Below, piece by piece: positions 57,001 through 64,000 of a DNA stretch of 64,000 bases. The stretch spans positions 62,001 to 126,000 of the forward strand of contig KZ538056.1 in assembly GCA_000934665.2 (NCBI GenBank), in the 5' to 3' direction. The position numbers and the translations under genes were made by a program. The stretch's first letter is position 1. Each line of letters opens with the position of its first letter. This DNA comes from Catajapyx aquilonaris (Eukaryota). The notes under the pieces were generated by a model. It was not told where the DNA came from. It saw nothing but the letters and a program-made list of their open reading frames with translations, and searched no databases.

Positions 57001-59895
57001 TTCATTAAGAAATTAGCAATAAAATGTGTGCCGCAATTAGCAATTTCCCGAGTTTTCCGCTCGTGCCGAATAATCCAACGGTTTAGGCTGGAAGTTAAAT
57101 TAAGCACGGGCCCCATTGTTCGTATGTGTGCCTCGTCCTCAGGTTGACCTGCCAGGGGGCTAATAAGGAGCCACTGCGTGAAAAATGTGTCATAAAGGTC
57201 ACTCTTTGATGCGAGAAGTTGCGTTATGGGTGGTAAATGTAGTCCTACATAAGAAGGTTTTTGTTTGCAGATTTGGAACTGGCGGCGGAGCTTGGGAAGA
57301 GCTTGCTGGAGCGTAACAAGGAGCTGGAAGCCAGCCTCCAGCAACAGCAGGTAGTGATTGAGGAGCAGAGCCAGGAGATTCGGTTCCTGAGCAAGCAAGC
57401 GGCTGCTCTGAGGGAGGCCAATGAATCCCGACTTATCCTCCTGGAGCAACTGGAATGCCAGGCGCTGGAGCTGGAAAGGGGAAACCTCAGGCTGAGCAGG
57501 CAGGGACAGCAGGACAAGGAGCGAATCCGGTCGCTATGTCGGAGCCTGGACGCCTTGGAAGGAAGATGCGAGGAGCTGCAGAAGAAGTTGGATCAGGTGA
57601 AGGATGCGGCGGCCGAGCACAGGAGGCAGCAGAGGCGTCGGCGTCAACTGTCTTTCACGCAGACCAGTGTGGAGGAGGAGGAGGAGGATGAGGGACACGA
57701 AGAGGAAGAGGAGGGACACACTTCGTCTTCGTCCATGTCGTCCAACTATTCGGAGAGGGACGGACGCTGCAGCAGAGCGGCTTCACGCAGCACTGTGGAG
57801 GAGGAAGAGGCAGAGGAGGAGGCAAGGATGCAGCTGGAACGGAGGCTGCAGGAGCTGCAGGGAGAGTGTGAGCGAGAGAGGCTGCGGAGGGAGGATTTGG
57901 AGGCGGAGCTGTCAAGGCTGTTGCAAGAGAACGCTGCCCTACAGGGGCAGGTGGCTGCCGGATTGCAGATGGTTGACGATGAGGATGAGGTCCAGCAAAG
58001 GTCGTTGCAGGAGGAGATGATGGGGCAGGAACTGGCTTGCAATGGACACTGCTTGGAAGAGCACCAGGAGGAGAAGGTAGAAGAGCAGCAACAGGTCGTG
58101 CCAATACGGCAGGGGTGGACCTGCAGAGGAGTGGCCACCTGCATTAGACGACGACTGGTCAGGGTGAGTGACTTTCAGCATTTGTTAGAACATGTCTGTA
58201 CAGTCTCCTGGATATTTCAAGGATAATTGAATGCAGTATAGTTAGCACAAGTATCATTGCAGTTGGAATGTAGCCATACAGGGCAGAAAGTATTCTGCAC
58301 TGTCCTGTATTACTGTAGTTGATCAAGTTTAGGGCCTTATTCTCAGACTGAGTCCTCCAGAACCAAGTAATTTGAGGAAATATTCTTTAAATAACTTCAG
58401 AACTTCAAAAAATTTAAAGCAAGAATAGTTACAGAGATGTGGAAGGTCTCACAGCACAAACACATTAAGTGATTTTTGTTAAAAATTTCTTATTAGTCAA
58501 ATTTCTTGCACGAAGATCTTGTGCTTCTGCATATTGAACCGAATCTTATTGCACAATATAACCAATAATTGCACCTATCAGTTATGCTGAGACTGACATA
58601 CAGTACTCAACATGTGTTAGGCAATGGAGACAAGCACTAAGTGTTCAAGCAACAATGAATAAATTCATCAAATGTCTGAGAACAATGGCCCAGAAGTGTT
58701 AGCTCCTTGAACTATGCTTATTTGCACCAGAGGAAGAGGTTCTTGGTGCCATCACATTATCCTGCCTGCTTGTGGTGAATTCCTGTAGTACATTGTGTAC
58801 CGCCAATCTGGTGTTGGGAATAGTGAAGGGTAGTTTAGTTACACATTTAAATGTGGCTTGAGACTGTGGACGGCTTGTGACTGTTATGAACGGACATGTT
58901 TGGACACATGTGGAAAGCAAGTGACTTGTACAGAAGCACGGTCTGGCAGGTTGTGTGGCGGCTGGCCCTCCTTCCATGGTCTGGTGCACGCCTGGCCCTA
59001 CGCTTGGCACTCCGACTGGCTGTCTGGGCAGTGCTCTGGGCCCAGCACTCACTCCTGCAGCTCAACTTGCCCCTGTCCAAATGGGCTCTGCAACCAATCA
59101 AGCACAGCAAATAATCCCAAAACACAAATATGCCCATAGGTACGTATTTGTAAGTGTGGGGAGCCTATTTTTAACACATTAACTGCATGTAGCTTTCACT
59201 CACACTAACATTCACTAGCTGCACTTCATAAGCAAGGGAATACCAAATAATACCGGACTTATTTCACATTTTTCAAAAAAGCCACTGGAAACATGGTTGG
59301 TGAAAGATTCCCAACTTGAGAAACAAGAACTGAGGCATGCTTTTCAGAATAACTTCCTATCAGATTGTGGAATAAAGAATTCTATAAAGAATTCTAGGTA
59401 ATATTTTGGAATCCCCTGAGTTGTGTGGAAGCAGCATTGTGTGGTCACACACATTTTTATAAGCATTTGTTGAATTTGCAGGAGAACAATGAATTGTCCC
59501 TGCAGGAGGAGTTGGAAATGTCTGGAGAATTTGCAGCTGATATAAGCTCATCAGGATGTTGTTCTTCCTCGGATGGATGCCCACATTCATCCCAGTCTAG
59601 GACAACCCAGACACAACCTCTGGATTTTCAAGACACCTTCCAGGAAACAGCCCCAGAGTACAAGAAGCTCTTCAGGGACATCTTTGCAGTGCTGCAGGAA
59701 TCCATGCATCAGACTGCTGCAAAGGAGGACAAAAGTGCCAAAACTGTTGCCCCACCTACTACTGAAATGCGACCCTTACTCCAACCCCCTCCTCCCCCAC
59801 CACCACCTGAAAGTGTGCTACCATCCAGCTGGGATTTTCGAAAGACATATGCTGAAGTTTTGAAAACTCCAAATATTAGGTCGGGTGTGAAGTAA
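51081..59895 (+). CDS. CDR2: CDR2/CDR2L (Drosophila centrocortin)-like coiled-coil protein, long isoform ~531 aa
   Basis: Exons 51081-51315, 54210-54263, 57271-58163, 59482-59895 (1596 nt, phase-consistent). Signature DLELAAELGKSLLERNKELE, long coiled coils, C-terminal PEYKKLFRDIFAVL. Confidence 0.85.
52251..52326 (+). CDS. CDR2: Alternative first coding exon of the CDR2-like gene
   Basis: ATG...MASHRELAFEWSMLCHDCLDCWSQS followed by G|GTGGGT, a phase-1 donor that joins in frame to 57271 (D-LELAAELGK). Confidence 0.55.
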
Positions 59896-60760
59896 GCAGA
59901 TTAATCTGGTTGCAAAATGGGATGTCTCACGTTCCTGGTGGTTTAATTTTTTCCACAGCAAAATGATACTCTTCAATGCGACAATTATTTTTCTTCAAAA
60001 ACCTGGGTTAGTCAGCTTCAAGACTTGGTGACTCACTTGGAAGCATGACAGCTACATGTCTCCCTATTAATATGTAGGGAACATTATTCAAAAGCAAGTG
60101 GAATTCAGACTTCAAGAGAGGATCTGCTAGCGACTTAACAGGCAATTTTTGATGTAACAGAATGCCCCTATTGTGACTGACTCTTGGAAGCATACCTCAG
60201 CATGAAGTGTCAGTTGATAATTTCAGTTAAATGCCAGAGATCCCACTCTGCAACTGCACTAAATGAGGTCACCTGATGGATAACATTCACAAGTACAAAG
60301 AGTGCTAACTGCCCTTGTTTTAAGCGTTTGGAGTGACAATGATTTTTTGGGGGGGTTTTCTTGTTTACTGTTGTGGCTCAAAGAGCAAGATATTTTGTAA
60401 TCTATATTTTTCACATGTATTCCAGTGAAGAAAGAAAGAAAAATGGTTGGGATACTGGTTTTGAGTCATTGTTGGTGCAGAGAAGTTGATATAGCTCAAG
60501 GACAAATTCTTATTGTCAAGTAGTGAAAATTTTGAATGAAAAACTTGGCTGTGTTATAACAGACTCCAGAGTTACATGAGACAAAATAATGATGAACCTA
60601 CTTTTCCTGATCTCATCAACATTCAGCATTCACGGCAATTCCACTAGAAAAGTCTAAAAATTTTCTTCTTCAAAGTGATTTATTTTAAAATGTATTACTA
60701 CACATTTTGTGCTCATAAGATAAAATGAAAAAAAATTATAATTATAAACACAGCCCTCAA

Positions 60761-61543
60761 CTAGTTGTTCTGCCCTTGTTTACTCTTAGGCAGAGTCACT
60801 GTGAAAGCGGGCCTCAATGCAGCTCCTGTTGCTGCATAACTTCCAGCAGCACCCTTCTTGTTGAACAGAGCTTTGTGGATTGTGGCCACGTCAGGAGTGA
60901 CTGCGCATTTGCCACCTGTTGGCAGATCCATACTTGCACCACTACTGGAACGCAGGCAGCTAAAAATAAAAGGACAAATTACCGTACAAAGTTATGAGAT
61001 AAAATGGGAAAGATTGTTTTATCAGTACTAGTTGAAGTCCATATGGCACCAAATGGTTGGATTAATGTTAATAGCAGAGAGAAAATTATTTGTGATAATC
61101 TTCAGGAAACTTTTTGCAAAGCTCATAATTAATGTGAAGTCACAATAGTGGGACACATCCACATTGCAGCTTTGTGGTTCTGGTAATTTCCCATAGTTGA
61201 GTATGATGGAGTAAAAAAATTTTGAATTCTCACTGGCAACTTGAGTGCACTCACAAAAATGTGAGGCTCACCTCTGACCAGCAGAAGTGACAGTTTGAAC
61301 AACCACTGGTGACGGTGCCACAGCAAGGGAAGTAGGTGATGAGGAAGTTCGCCGAGCGGTGTTGGCTGCTGCATAAGTGGCAGTTGTAACCAATGTGCAC
61401 TTCATAGGCCTGCCATCTAGCTGCCGATTGTGGTAAACATCCACAGCACGAACTGCATCAGAACGATTGACAAATGCAACCTCTGCCAGCCCTGGCTTCA
61501 CCAACTGAGCCCTCCGAAGGGTGCCAATGTCAGCAAACAATTC
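60761..61543 (-). CDS. POLDIP3: POLDIP3/SKAR RRM protein, last two exons (5' part not located, probably beyond the window)
   Basis: Exon 61543-61272 ELFADIGTLRRAQLVKPGLAEVAFVNRSDAVRAVDVYHNRQLDGRPMKC; exon 60959-60761 with PDVATIHKALF...FTVTL; minus-strand AATAAA at 60684-60679. Confidence 0.85.
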
Positions 61544-62557
61544 CTGTAGGTAGATAGAAAATGTTAGGTGCCGCTGTCGTAATGCAAGGTACTAGCTATG
61601 TTTAATTCTCCATTATGTGGTCGTGTCACAACATAATTATCTTGTGAACGTAAGCTCTGATCTGTATTATTTTATTCCTGACAAGGAAGGAAGTGCACGA
61701 CTTTTATGACCGCTGCCTTCCATCGAGGGCATAAGTGGGCAGGGTTGATGTTCTATTCAGTAAAGATATGGATATAATTGGTCACCAAGATCTGTTGCAC
61801 CAATAAAACAATGTCAAAGTTACAGTTCCTCATCTCGCAGCAGGGGTTACCGTATTACCGCTCATAACGCGGCATGCCGGTATAAGGCGAGGTTTTCACA
61901 TAAGTTACATTATCCTCTCCGAACGTGACATTTGCCTGAAAATCGACATTCACATAAATGCTATCGAAAAGGCACATTTTCCCAATATATTGTTTTCAAT
62001 TGTAGTGTCTGACAATAATCTATTTAAACAGGTGTCAAAGCAGGCTGACGATGGGATTGGTCACACCATCCACATATCGTCATCAGCAATGCAAAACCTC
62101 ATATCTCACAATAATGTCATTTTACAGGACAAGGAAAAACATTGTCATGCAAAACCTCGCAAAATTTCTGCTTACACGGTAGATGAGTGGCCTGCAAAAC
62201 CTCCTATACAGGGTGCTCAAAAACTCGCGGAAAGTGGCCACGTAGCCTGATAGGACTCACAAAACTAATATAGAGATGAGGAAGTAGTTTTGGGCTAACT
62301 TGCATAGTTTTTGCGTACGACTCCCTTAAGATTTCGGAAGTTTCATGACGTCACATCCGCCTTGAGGCCACATTGCATCATCATACATGTTGTTGTGGCT
62401 GTTGCCATTGTCACTGATTATTGTTGCGAATATTGTCAACTGTGATTGTTGAGAAATAAACAACGATTTCAGTCTGGCACAACTGTCAAAAGAGGAAAAC
62501 TTGCAGTCCCTCTGTGCAGTTTGTTGTTATGGAACCTCGGCTGAAGTCTGAAGGAGA

Positions 62558-62871
62558 TACTGGTTGAGAATCCTTTATTTGAAATGCTTGAGACAAGGTT
62601 TTTGAATTTGGGAATATTTGTGTATTTGCATCTATAAAATGGGACAGCTTTGGGATGGGACCTAAACATGATATCCATTTACATTTCATCAAAGAGGTTA
62701 TAAGAAACCATTAAGATAGTTTTATATCAATTTTGTATGCATACAGACATGTGTTCATTTATGTTACACTCACATGGAATTTTCCATTTGTGGCACATCA
62801 TGTCAGCACTCAAAAACCAAGACTGGAGATTTTGGTGTCTTGAATTTTCAATGAAGGGTTCTCAACCCATA
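62558..62871 (+). mobile_element. Tigger4/MER46-like (pogo family) non-autonomous DNA transposon
   Basis: TA-CTGGTTGAGAATCC ... GGGTTCTCAACCCA-TA inverted termini; internal GAAATGCTTGAGAC, GGAATATTTG, GGGATGGGACC, GGAATTTTCCATTTGTGGC, CATGTCAGCACTCAAAAA resemble my recollection of the Tigger4b consensus. Confidence 0.65.
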
Positions 62872-64000
62872 CTTGGCATATTGAAGAACATGATTCATTT
62901 CTTATATTCACCAATCTTCAAGTGAACTAACTAATTGGCTCCTTTGAGCTTGGGCACTCATTCAATAAACTTGGCCATTACAGTGCAATACTATACAAAA
63001 GTATTCTCCAAATCACTTTTATGAAAGGAGTGAGGTCACATTTCGACAAGGTGGGTAGCACAAATGCTGTATGAGCAGCAACGTAAACTTATCTGGCAAA
63101 ACTTGATTGTTTCTCCACAAACTAACATGGGTTTGTATGGCTCCTTAACCTTTGCAGAATTATAAAAACCGGTAAACATGAAAAGTTGCCATAATTATGT
63201 TGAAGACTTCTGATGTCAGCAGTTGTAGCTTCTGGGGAAAAAATTCTCACCAAGATGGGGGTGAGGGAGACTAGTAAGGTACATCGAGGAAATGCATGCA
63301 TGGCAGGCCCATTAACGCCCAAACTATCTCATAATATGCCCCTGGGTAATTCTACTTCAATTCCGGCTACACATACACATCGAGTTGTTGAAAATAACAA
63401 TTCCAGCTGCCTACATGAAAATTTCAGAGACATTGTAATTGCTTGGGTAGCATTCACATCTGATGGAAAATATTTTGTAGCCATAGATATTGTAATACCA
63501 TGGTATAAGTATAAAATTATGGAAATGGTTCATGAAATTATTAACGCAATTGTTTAAATCATTTTAGCCAATTCAGTTAAATGAAGATGACAATGTTGTG
63601 CAACACACAGCATTTCTGACTTAGGAATGACTAATAAATGTACAATTTTGAAAATAATCAGCAAGCAAAGATTTACTAGGTCATTACAAGTGCACACCTT
63701 GCCACAGGTAAAACAGTTTTGGAAATTTATAATCCTCAATGTGGGAATTTGGCCCATATGCCATACCACCTAATTTGTCTGGGTAGTTGTATGCACATGA
63801 TTTGCTATAGCAAAATGCAACATAGTAAAGTCACCACCAGCTTCGATGTGGAATAACCCACCTATTATTGTAATGAATGTCAATGACCAATCACGTTGTT
63901 GCCCTCACTTCTTATGACCTCTGCTCTCATGCATGAAGCTATAATTATGATGACCAACACTCATAAAAACTGTCCAGTATACACCACCCACATTTCTGGG

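Overview
Eukaryotic, almost certainly arthropod, genomic DNA: spliced genes with GT-AG introns and a Drk protein very close to the Drosophila one. No CRISPR array or prokaryotic operon. Reading splice sites by eye gives seven protein-coding genes: (1) a 20-exon, ~1215-aa secreted, GPI-anchored otoancorin/mesothelin/stereocilin-like gene (9530-17186, -) with an internal polybasic furin site; (2) an intronless Shisa-like gene (23078-23980, +); (3) an orphan type-II membrane coiled-coil gene (33475-34388, +); (4) drk/GRB2 (35919-40120, -); (5) UCP4/SLC25A27 (45703-47562, +); (6) a CDR2/centrocortin-like gene with alternative 5' exons (51081-59895, +); (7) the 3' end of POLDIP3 (60761-61543, -). 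The non-genic content includes a structurally complete 1.8-kb LTR retroelement that encodes only Gag-protease (LTRs, tRNA-Leu PBS, PPT, 5-bp TSD), four fold-back elements within 4.4 kb, a Tigger4/MER46-like MITE, two degenerate tRNA-like sequences between GGTACTCC arrays, and decayed exon-like fragments that resemble MAM domains. All family assignments come from recalled motifs, not from database searches.
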